The position numbers and the translations under genes are program-made. Below the pieces are notes generated by a model. It was not told the origin of the DNA and searched no databases. It worked only from the letters and a program-made list of their open reading frames with translations. This document shows, piece by piece, positions 18,479 to 26,405 of a stretch of 34,294 nt of DNA. The stretch is from an uncultured Thermococci archaeon (GTDB lineage: Archaea > Methanobacteriota_B > Thermococci > Thermococcales > Thermococcaceae). The stretch is from assembly GCA_964615185.1 (NCBI GenBank), contig CAZTOS010000002.1:1-34294 (forward strand), written 5' to 3'. The number at the start of each line of letters is the position of its first letter. Within the stretch, counting starts at the first letter, position 1.

Positions 18479-20389
18479 TCAGGAGTGAGCACTTCCTTTG
18501 CTGACCCTAACCGTGCCATAGCCAACAAAGAGCACCTTATCAGGGTCAAGGGCTTTAACGACCTCTGGCCTATGGGTGATTATTACAGCGGTAATTCCAG
18601 CTTCACGAATTATCTCACTGACCTTCTTAGCTACACGCATAGCCGTTAGAGTATCGAGGTGTGCGGCAAACTCGTCCATAAGTAATAGATTTGGCTTCTC
18701 CGCAAGCAGGGATGCAATCTTGGCCCTCTCCTTCTGTCCCGTGGAAAGCTCGCTAAACTTTGCCCTGTAGAGCACGGCATCACTCAAACCAGAGCGGTTT
18801 AAAACCTCAACTGCCGCATTTAAATCCCTGATTTTTCTGTAAACATGCTCCAATATACTCTCACTTCCAAACTCCGGCTCAAATTCACCTGGAATCATGA
18901 CCGAGACTTTAACGTTTTCTGGCACTTCAATTTCCCCACTTGTCGGTCTGTACTTCTCTTCCCAGTAACCTTTAGCCGCTCCAAGAATTAACCTGAGCAG
19001 AGTTGTCTTTCCAGCTCCACTTGCTCCAACAACCACAATCAACTCTTTTGGTTTGATTTCAAAGTTTAGATTTCTCAGGACGGGTCTCTGAATCACTCTA
19101 TGTCTCACTCCAAAAGCCTTCAAAAGCTCTTGAATTTCCTTGGGAAGACCCTTTATGTCAAGTTCACTCTCGAAGACTTTGCTCACATTCTTGAAGACTA
19201 TCGAACCTTTTAACGGCTCAACTTTTCCATAGCTTGGCTTCCACAGTCTTCCGTCTTTGGGGGCATATGGGTCTTCTTTCAAAAATCTCTCTATGTATTC
19301 TTTAGCTTCATCAGTCAGCGGATAAAAGAGCACTGGTCTTCCGCTTGCGGTCTCCCATAGGAACTTAAAGCCAACTTTTTCAAAGAAGGGGTTATATCTG
19401 GCCATCTGGGCTATGGTTTCAACGACATGCTTTCTCTTTCTCATTTCTGGAATTCTCCTTTCCTTAATCCAGTCTAAAGCCGCTTTAACGCTCAATTGAC
19501 CAAGTCCATCACTTCTATAGTCTGGATGAACAACCACTCGAGCTATTCTCGCTCCAGCAGTGTTGCTCTCTCTTAATGCCTGCCATTTTGCCTTCTCCCA
19601 GAGCATTGAGCGGGCAACTTTTCTGGGATATTTCCTCTTGAGCTCTTCATAAAGCTCCTTCAGAATTCTCTCCGGCCAGAATGCCGGATGAAACCAGTCT
19701 TCTGGAAAGACCCTCTCACGAATGTTCTTCTCTATCTCACCGTTTGGTAAGCGGCGGTGCATCAGTGGGATTGGGGGGTCAATCCTAACATAAGCCAAGA
19801 TTCTCGGTTCATACTCCTCTCTGTTCTCAAGCTCAAGGATTAAGAAGCGTGAGGCTGGGGTTGAGCCTTTAATCTCAAGGATATGAATGTCTTCACTCCC
19901 ACACTTTGGACATTTCTGCTTCGTATTTGCTTCAAAGACGTTGCCACACCTCTCACATCTCCACAGTGCCACTTTCTCCTTCTGAGATGCATAATGATAT
20001 TGCTCAAGCTCTGCTATTGCCTCAAAATCGCTCTCATAAGTTGCTTCCCTCGCCTTGATTTTATAGGTGTAGAGCAGTTCACCGGTTAGCGGAGAATAAC
20101 GTTTTGCCTCATACTCCCTCTCCCACAGCGGCCAAACTTTAATTTTGTCCCCCTGATAGAACTTGTAAAGCTCATAATCATCAAAATCGAGCACGTTTTT
20201 AACTTTTGGTTTCTCTTTCACATGGATTTCAACTTCATCTCCAGTTACAAACCATTGAGCAACACCACTCATGTAGAGCTTATACCTTTCTCCCTCAGCT
20301 TCAACTTCAAGGATTCCAAACCATCGGTGCTTAAAGCGTGGAATTTCACTGCCAACGACTTTACCTCTAAGAATCATTGTTACCACCAT
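18479..20389 (-). CDS. GNAT acetyltransferase-ABC ATPase fusion with Zn ribbon (COG2401-like)
   Basis: CERC..CPKC, GNAT motif A RIARVVVHPDYRSDGLG, GASGAGKT, LSTGQ, LLMDEF, ITH. Confidence 0.88.
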   Translation of the reverse strand: MVVTMILRGKVVGSEIPRFKHRWFGILEVEAEGERYKLYMSGVAQWFVTGDEVEIHVKEKPKVKNVLDFDDYELYKFYQGDKIKVWPLWEREYEAKRYSPLTGELLYTYKIKAREATYESDFEAIAELEQYHYASQKEKVALWRCERCGNVFEANTKQKCPKCGSEDIHILEIKGSTPASRFLILELENREEYEPRILAYVRIDPPIPLMHRRLPNGEIEKNIRERVFPEDWFHPAFWPERILKELYEELKRKYPRKVARSMLWEKAKWQALRESNTAGARIARVVVHPDYRSDGLGQLSVKAALDWIKERRIPEMRKRKHVVETIAQMARYNPFFEKVGFKFLWETASGRPVLFYPLTDEAKEYIERFLKEDPYAPKDGRLWKPSYGKVEPLKGSIVFKNVSKVFESELDIKGLPKEIQELLKAFGVRHRVIQRPVLRNLNFEIKPKELIVVVGASGAGKTTLLRLILGAAKGYWEEKYRPTSGEIEVPENVKVSVMIPGEFEPEFGSESILEHVYRKIRDLNAAVEVLNRSGLSDAVLYRAKFSELSTGQKERAKIASLLAEKPNLLLMDEFAAHLDTLTAMRVAKKVSEIIREAGITAVIITHRPEVVKALDPDKVLFVGYGTVRVSKGSAHS

Positions 20390-20455
20390 TAATAAATTGA
20401 CGAGGGAATTAATAACTGTTCCCTATATGTGTTTGAAAACAGTAATCATCAAGAA

Positions 20456-20764
20456 CTATTCCATTCTGTCGTGTAAAGCCTCATCAATAGCCTTTTTCAA
20501 AAGCCTAAGAAATGCAATGGTCTCTCTGGCACCTTTGTCTGTTATTTCGATGAATGTCCTCGGTCTGTCTGCAAATCCCTTGAATATCCTAACGTAGCCT
20601 ACCCTTTCAAGTTTTTTCAGATGGGATTCAAGATTTCCGGGAGTCATATTCAAAGCTTTCTGAAGCTCTGCAAAGCTGACCCTTCGTCTTGGTAAAAGGT
20701 AAAGGGCTATTGATAACCTTGCTGGAGAGTTGAAGACGTTGTTCTTGGTTATCTCCTCAAGCAC
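20456..20764 (-). CDS. Winged-helix transcriptional regulator (ArsR/HTH_34-like)
   Basis: SFAELQKALNMTPGNLESHLKKLERVGYV..RPRT..ITDKG. Confidence 0.9.
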   Translation of the reverse strand: MLEEITKNNVFNSPARLSIALYLLPRRRVSFAELQKALNMTPGNLESHLKKLERVGYVRIFKGFADRPRTFIEITDKGARETIAFLRLLKKAIDEALHDRME

Positions 20765-21277
20765 TCAGACCACCTTAAAAGTTCTCCAGAGATGTACGAA
20801 TGAAACCAGTGAATAGCTGAGTATTATGAGTGCGTTTACGAATGTCCAATCTGGCTTGAGGAATGCGGCAAGCGTTATTGCTGGAATTGCTATGCTCCAC
20901 TGAGAAAAAGCGAAAGCCATGCCAAGGTTTCCAAGCCCTATGATGGCAGCGAAGCCTCTCACATCCCTGAGGAATATCCATATTATAACTCCTACAATCC
21001 ATCCGCTCAACCACACCCATCCTCTTAAGCTTGAATCCTTGTGGATTTCTGGATTAAGCTGGATGAACTTCTTCCATGCAACTCCCATGACATATACCAC
21101 ACCTATAAATACTGTGGGCCAGTAAAAGATGGTAATTCTTTCAAGACCCAAAGCGGAAAGCGTGAGGTATCCTCCCATGGCAATAAGCCATGCAATGTAG
21201 ATTATGGCAATGTAGATATGCCAACTTGCAATGAGCTTTTTCTCAACACTCTCAAGGGCTTCCTTAAACTCCTCCAT
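20765..21277 (-). CDS. Integral membrane protein, co-transcribed with the regulator
   Basis: Several hydrophobic segments; GGTGA RBS; abuts the regulator start. Confidence 0.8.
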   Translation of the reverse strand: MEEFKEALESVEKKLIASWHIYIAIIYIAWLIAMGGYLTLSALGLERITIFYWPTVFIGVVYVMGVAWKKFIQLNPEIHKDSSLRGWVWLSGWIVGVIIWIFLRDVRGFAAIIGLGNLGMAFAFSQWSIAIPAITLAAFLKPDWTFVNALIILSYSLVSFVHLWRTFKVV

Positions 21278-21328
21278 GTGCTCACCCCACTAAAAGTTAT
21301 GGGCTTTGGATATTTAAAGGAGAACAAA

Positions 21329-21345
21329 ACTTTGCATTGCAAACT
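21329..21345. promoter_or_regulatory. Palindromic operator candidate between divergent promoters
   Basis: ACTTTGCATTGCAAACT (TTTGCA-T-TGCAAA core). Confidence 0.45.
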
Positions 21346-21382
21346 TTTTAATGTTAGACACCATATTTCAATGGTGGTTTAA

Positions 21383-23239
21383 ATGGAAGACCCTTACCTC
21401 TGGATGGAGAATCTGAATGATGAAAGAGTTCTAAAGTTCATTGAGGAGGAAAACAAGCGCTTTAGGAAATTCATTGGGGATTTGCCAGAAAAGCTGATTA
21501 ATGATGTGAGAAAGTACTATTATCTACCCAATATTTGGGAGGCTCAAATTACAAAGAGAGGAACATTTGTGAAGATAAATGAAGCAGGAAGACAGCTCAT
21601 AAAACTCCTTGAGACTGGAGAAATTATAGTTGATTCTAAAAAGCTTGAAGAAGAGCTTGGCGATGAGGTTCTCCTTCAAGGCTTTACCGCTGACAGAGAT
21701 GGGAAAAGATTGGCTTATAACTTCTCAATTGGAGGAGCTGATGAGGGGATAACGAGAATAATTGATCTTAAAACTGGAGAAACCATCGAGGAAATAAAGC
21801 CATCCTTGTGGAATATCGTTTTTCTTGATGATGGTTATTATTTTGCCCGCTTTTACAGGAAAGAGAAAACTCCCGATGGAATGGAGCCACCAGCAGAGAG
21901 AATTTTTCTGAAGAAAGGGGAAGAGGAGGTTATGGTTTTTGGTGAGGGATTTGGTTCAGGATATTTCATGAATCTGCACAAAAGTACGGATGGAAAGTGG
22001 GCAATGCTAACGGTTACATTCGGCTGGAACAAAGCCGATATCTATCTTGGCCCGATTGATGAGCCAGAAAAGTGGAGAAAAGTCTATTCAAGCGATGTTC
22101 CAGCGCATCCGATAGATGTCATCAATGGAAAGTTCTACATCTATACGCGCGAAGGAAAGGGTCTTGGAAAGGTTATTGCAATCAAAAATGATAAAGCTGA
22201 GGAGATTATCCCAGAAAATGAGTTTCCGCTTGAGTGGGCAGTTATTGTCAATGACAAACTACTTGCTGGCTATTTAGTCCATGCCTCCTCGAAACTTAAG
22301 GTGTTTGCACTTGATGGAAAGCTTATAGAGGAGATAAGCTTTGAGATGCCTGCACAGATTTATCCGCTTGACACTGATGGGAAGCAGGTTTTGCTTAGAT
22401 ATGAAAGCTTTACAGTTCCCTACAGGCTTTACCGCTTTAGAGAGGGGCTTGAGCTGATTGATGGGATTGAAGTTAAAGGAGAATTCGAGGTAAGTGAAGA
22501 CTTTGCAGTTTCCAAGGATGGAACAAGAGTTCATTATTTCATGGTCAAGAAAAAAGGAGCAAAAAGCAACAAAGCTTGGGCTTTCGGATATGGGGGCTTC
22601 AACATTGCCTTGCTCCCAAGGTTCATTCCTCAAGTGATTCCCTTCATTGAGCGCGGTGGAACTTTTGTGATGGCAAACTTAAGAGGTGGGAGCGAATACG
22701 GTGAGGAGTGGCACCGCCAAGGGATGAGGGAAAACAAGCAGAACGTCTTTGATGACTTCATTGCAGTTTTGGAGAAACTGAAAAGTGAAGGCTATAAAGT
22801 TGCCGCTTGGGGAAGGAGCAACGGCGGACTTTTAGTTTCTGCCGTGCTAACGCAGAGACCAGACCTTATGGATGCCGCTTTAATTGGATACCCAGTTATA
22901 GACATGCTGAGGTTTCATAAACTCTACATCGGAAGCGTTTGGATTCCAGAATACGGAAATCCAGATGACCCAAATGACAGAGAGTTTTTGCTCAAATATT
23001 CCCCATATCACAACGTTGATCCTAATAAGGAATATCCACCCACGCTAATTTACACAGGTTTGCATGATGACCGAGTTCATCCAGCTCATGCGCTCAAATT
23101 CGCTAAGAAGCTGAAAGATGTCGGCGCTCCTGTTTATCTGCGCGTTGAAACGAAGAGTGGCCACATGGGAGCTTCGCCAGAGACAAGGATAAAAGAACTG
23201 GCAGATTTATTGGCGTTTGCGGTTAAGGTGCTTGGTTAG
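21383..23239 (+). CDS. Prolyl oligopeptidase (S9A)
   Basis: MEDPYLWMEN, GYGGF, NLRGGSEYG, catalytic GRSNGG, DDRVHP and SGH. Confidence 0.96.
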   Translation: MEDPYLWMENLNDERVLKFIEEENKRFRKFIGDLPEKLINDVRKYYYLPNIWEAQITKRGTFVKINEAGRQLIKLLETGEIIVDSKKLEEELGDEVLLQGFTADRDGKRLAYNFSIGGADEGITRIIDLKTGETIEEIKPSLWNIVFLDDGYYFARFYRKEKTPDGMEPPAERIFLKKGEEEVMVFGEGFGSGYFMNLHKSTDGKWAMLTVTFGWNKADIYLGPIDEPEKWRKVYSSDVPAHPIDVINGKFYIYTREGKGLGKVIAIKNDKAEEIIPENEFPLEWAVIVNDKLLAGYLVHASSKLKVFALDGKLIEEISFEMPAQIYPLDTDGKQVLLRYESFTVPYRLYRFREGLELIDGIEVKGEFEVSEDFAVSKDGTRVHYFMVKKKGAKSNKAWAFGYGGFNIALLPRFIPQVIPFIERGGTFVMANLRGGSEYGEEWHRQGMRENKQNVFDDFIAVLEKLKSEGYKVAAWGRSNGGLLVSAVLTQRPDLMDAALIGYPVIDMLRFHKLYIGSVWIPEYGNPDDPNDREFLLKYSPYHNVDPNKEYPPTLIYTGLHDDRVHPAHALKFAKKLKDVGAPVYLRVETKSGHMGASPETRIKELADLLAFAVKVLG

Positions 23240-23289
23240 GATTATTTCCACTTTTTAACCCTCGTACACTCCAGAGCTTCAGTTTACTG

Positions 23290-23503
23290 ATGATAACCCT
23301 GATTATGATAATGATGATTATCATATGGAGGTGAACAGGAAAAATTAGCCAAAGGGAATAAAGATCTCAAAGAAATAATTTTGCAGATAGAAAATATGTT
23401 AAATAAGCACGAGAATAGGACTTCAATTTGTTAAAATTGAGTTGAAGGAAAGTTAGAGGATGAAGGCTGCCTTGTCTGGGATCTGATGGATTTCGAAAGG
23501 CTT
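23290..23503 (+). pseudogene. Collapsed remnant of a paralogous archaeal ATPase gene (operator array, RBS and 3' end)
   Basis: 15-bp-period array at 23290-23324, then GGAGGTGA with no suitably spaced start codon. 23441-23503 translates VEGKLEDEGCLVWDLMDFERL, matching the C-terminus VEGKEELRKDYLIWDLGDFERL of the next gene. Confidence 0.7.
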
Positions 23504-23544
23504 AAAAAAATTATCCTCATAAAGATTATCATGGTGAAGATAAT
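23495..23544 (+). promoter_or_regulatory. BRE/TATA plus overlapping ATTATC-N8-GAT(T/A)AT operator-like boxes covering the RBS
   Basis: GAAAGGCTTAAAAA at 23495-23508; boxes at 23510-23529 and 23525-23544; GGTGA at 23533-23537. Confidence 0.65.
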
Positions 23545-24916
23545 GTTTATTAACCGAAAGAGTGAGCTGGCGTTCCTTGAAGAGCTTTACCGTTCTGGAA
23601 AAAAGGAAGTTCTAATCCTCTACGGGCGGAGGAGGGTTGGAAAAACAGAGCTGATAAAGCAGTTCATAAAAGACAAACCCACCATTTACTTCCTCGCTGA
23701 TAGAGATGGATTGGAAGCAAATGCAAGGCGGTTCTACTTCGAAGCTGCTCAGCAGCTTAACTTACCTGAGCTTGAGGTTACAGATTTCAGAAAGGCTTTT
23801 GAGCTAATAGCTCTCAAAGCTCCTAAAAGACTTATCGTTGTGATAGACGAATTTTCATATCTTTTACTTGCCGATAAGAACACACCAGCAGTTTTTCAGC
23901 ACGTGATAGATGAAATAGTTGATGAAAGGTTTTTCCTAATCCTAAGCGGTTCGCTTGTTGGTCTCATGGAAGGACTCATGGGTTATACAAACCCCCTTTA
24001 CGGCAGAAGAACAGCCCAGCTAAAGCTCAAGCCCCTAAGCTTCCTCCATGTTGTCGAGTATTTTAATGAAAAATCGCTGAAAACAGTAGTTAAAATTTAT
24101 TCCGTAACTGGAGGAGTCCCCATGTATTTCAAGCTTTTTAAGGGACAGAACTTTGAAGAGGAGCTTCTTAAGCTTGTGTTTTCACCAACGTCGATACTCT
24201 ACGAAGAGCCCGAATTCATTTTAAGGGAAGAGCTTGGTGATGTGCACCGCTACTATCTGATTTTGGAAGCAATTGCCTCTGGAAAGCATAGGGTAAGTGA
24301 AATTGCCCAGTTCGCTGGAATAGAGGTCAAAGACATGCCCAAATACTTAAGAACCCTCATGTCGCTTGACCTTGTGAAGAGAGAAATTCCAATAACGGAG
24401 AGTGAAAGGAGCAAGAAGGCACGCTACTACATTAAGGACAACTTCTTCGCCTTTTGGTTCCGCTTCGTAAAGCCAAACAGGAGCAAGGTGGAGATAGGGA
24501 CATTCAAGATGGATTGGGATGCTTTCAACACCTACGTGGGGAAAGCATTTGAAGAAATTGCAAAAGAATTTCTCATTGAGCTGAACAAGAGAGGAGAGCT
24601 CCCATTCAGATTCGAGAAGATTGGGAAATGGTGGCATAAGAGCGAGGAGATTGATTTGGTTGCGTTAAATGATAGAGAGAAAAAAGCCCTGTTTGTTGAG
24701 GTTAAGTGGAAGGAGCTGAGCGAGAGGGAAGCGCAGAGAGTTTTGAAGGACTTGGAGAGGAAGGCCGAGCTTGTAGGGCTTGATGGTTGGGAGATGAGCT
24801 ACGGGCTGGTGGCTAAGGGTGTTGAAGGGAAGGAAGAGCTGAGAAAAGACTACCTCATCTGGGACTTGGGGGACTTCGAAAGGCTTCTCCGAGGAGGCAA
24901 AGAAAAAGGCGATTGA
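23543..24916 (+). CDS. Archaeal ATPase (ATPase_2) with wHTH, DUF234-like region and C-terminal PD-(D/E)xK nuclease domain
   Basis: MFINRxxEL start, GRRRVGKT, VVIDEF, LSGS, DNFFAFWFRF, EIDLV..LFVEVKW. Start moved from 23486 to 23543. Confidence 0.92.
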   Translation: MFINRKSELAFLEELYRSGKKEVLILYGRRRVGKTELIKQFIKDKPTIYFLADRDGLEANARRFYFEAAQQLNLPELEVTDFRKAFELIALKAPKRLIVVIDEFSYLLLADKNTPAVFQHVIDEIVDERFFLILSGSLVGLMEGLMGYTNPLYGRRTAQLKLKPLSFLHVVEYFNEKSLKTVVKIYSVTGGVPMYFKLFKGQNFEEELLKLVFSPTSILYEEPEFILREELGDVHRYYLILEAIASGKHRVSEIAQFAGIEVKDMPKYLRTLMSLDLVKREIPITESERSKKARYYIKDNFFAFWFRFVKPNRSKVEIGTFKMDWDAFNTYVGKAFEEIAKEFLIELNKRGELPFRFEKIGKWWHKSEEIDLVALNDREKKALFVEVKWKELSEREAQRVLKDLERKAELVGLDGWEMSYGLVAKGVEGKEELRKDYLIWDLGDFERLLRGGKEKGD

Positions 24917-25058
24917 AAAGCTTTCCTCAAAAATTAGCGAGCTCTCCCGTGAGAAACTAACTCCAGAGAGCCTTCAGAAGCTCAGCCTCTACGCCTTTGC
25001 CATCGAGCTCATAAAGCGAAATGAGTTTGATAGGGTGGAGGAAATAAAAGAGCTCTAA
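24879..25058 (+). pseudogene. Start-less C-terminal fragment of an unidentified gene
   Basis: The +1 frame relative to the ATPase reads KGFSEEAKKKAIEKLSSKISELSREKLTPESLQKLSLYAFAIELIKRNEFDRVEEIKEL*, protein-like in composition, with no upstream start. Confidence 0.6.
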
Positions 25059-25063
25059 CAACC

Positions 25064-26239
25064 TCAATAAATCAATCCAAACAGAAACAGCGGAATCCTG
25101 CCTTTTCCCGTAAGCAAACCATCAACGGCTATATAGTCAGGCTTCTGATATCTACTCTTTTTTTCGCCGCCTACTTCTATTATCCACTCCCCTACCTTGA
25201 AATCAGGTGTTTTTTCACCCCTTTTTCCTTTCAGGTAGCAAACCTCGCTTATCCAGCGAATATGGTTGATGAAGAACTCCTCTCTAAGAGCACCGAGGTT
25301 CACGGAGAAGCCCTTTTTTGCAAAGAATTTTCTCAGCGGAATTGTGAGATAGAGCTTCGGCTCCTTTCTAACACTTCCGCATGCTTGGATTGGATAAATT
25401 AATCCTGCCTTTGATAAATCCTCAACAAGCCTTATTGCCATGTTCTTGGAAACATCAAGTTCGTTGGCTATCGTTGAGTATTTTACCTCAAAGGGAGCTG
25501 ACTTTGCCACCAGATAGAGGAGCTTAAACGCATCGGTTTCGTACTTCACGTTTATCTCCCTAAGGGACGAAAGATCCTCAAGGATAACCTTCCTGATGGA
25601 ATTCTCAAGTGCCTCGTAGAAGCCGCTCTCAGGATAAAGCACACCTCCTTTGCTCATATATTCCTGCCAGAGGGAGTGAAGTTCCATGTACATATTTGTC
25701 AGGTCAAATGACTTGGAAAGCACTGTTTTCAAAGATAGCCTTGGAATGCTAAATCTTTTCTTTATGTTGAGCCACTCCCTAAAGGAAGCGGGGGGAAGTT
25801 CCTTTAAAACAATCCTGCGGGATAAATCAGCGCTTAAGTGCAGTATATCGATAGCAGAGGAGCCTGAGAAGAAGATTCTAACCTCATGTTCATCGTAAAG
25901 GGTTTTTAGATCCTCAGCCCAGTTGGGTTTTCTGTGTATCTCATCAATAAAGATGTTTCTGTAGCCCAATTCTGCGAGAGATTTAACGACCTCATAGATG
26001 GAAAATGGTTTAATCAGTGTGGAATCAGCTGAGAAATAAACGCTTTTTTCAGTCTCATTCGCCAGCTGAAGCAGTAAAACGGTTTTACCAACACCTCTAA
26101 TACCTTTAACACCTACGTAGTACTCCTCATCAATTTTCTTAAGCTCGTCATACAGAAAACGTCTCTTAGGGAACTTCCTCACCCACATCATCAGTCTTCT
26201 GCTGGTGGATAATAGGGATGTTAATACCTTCTTCTCCAT
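25064..26239 (-). CDS. AAA_14/DUF4143-type (COG1373-like) ATPase with wHTH and nuclease-like C-terminus
   Basis: GIRGVGKT, IFIDEIH, FSGSS, YSTIANELDVS, TPDF..IIEVGG. Start moved to ATG 26239, just over 20 nt below TTTATAAA (probably leaderless). Confidence 0.88.
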   Translation of the reverse strand: MEKKVLTSLLSTSRRLMMWVRKFPKRRFLYDELKKIDEEYYVGVKGIRGVGKTVLLLQLANETEKSVYFSADSTLIKPFSIYEVVKSLAELGYRNIFIDEIHRKPNWAEDLKTLYDEHEVRIFFSGSSAIDILHLSADLSRRIVLKELPPASFREWLNIKKRFSIPRLSLKTVLSKSFDLTNMYMELHSLWQEYMSKGGVLYPESGFYEALENSIRKVILEDLSSLREINVKYETDAFKLLYLVAKSAPFEVKYSTIANELDVSKNMAIRLVEDLSKAGLIYPIQACGSVRKEPKLYLTIPLRKFFAKKGFSVNLGALREEFFINHIRWISEVCYLKGKRGEKTPDFKVGEWIIEVGGEKKSRYQKPDYIAVDGLLTGKGRIPLFLFGLIY

Positions 26240-26261
26240 GTGTTGCTGTTGGTTCTTGTTG

Positions 26262-26327
26262 TTTATAAATCTTGTCCTTACGTGAGGACAATATGCATGC
26301 ATTTTGTTTTTATGTGGAGACAAAATG
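26262..26327 (-). promoter_or_regulatory. TATA box with two upstream 20-bp palindromes
   Basis: TTTATAAA at 26262-26269; TTGTCCTTACGTGAGGACAA at 26272-26291; TTGTTTTTATGTGGAGACAA at 26304-26323. Confidence 0.65.
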
Positions 26328-26405
26328 TTGTATCGTTTAAAACTGATAGCAGCAATGTTTCTCTTTGGCTGTACATAGCCACTGCATTGTGGAACTGCAG
26401 GTTTC

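Noticed and set aside
23288..23334. Possible C/D-box sRNA (TGATGA..CTGA..TGATGA)
   Set aside because: The first guide would be only 5 nt and there is no terminal CTGA; the 15-bp-period operator reading fits better.
26370..26401. Small hairpins TGGCTGTACATAGCCA and CTGCA..TGCAG
   Set aside because: Short stems without other support; no recognisable RNA family.
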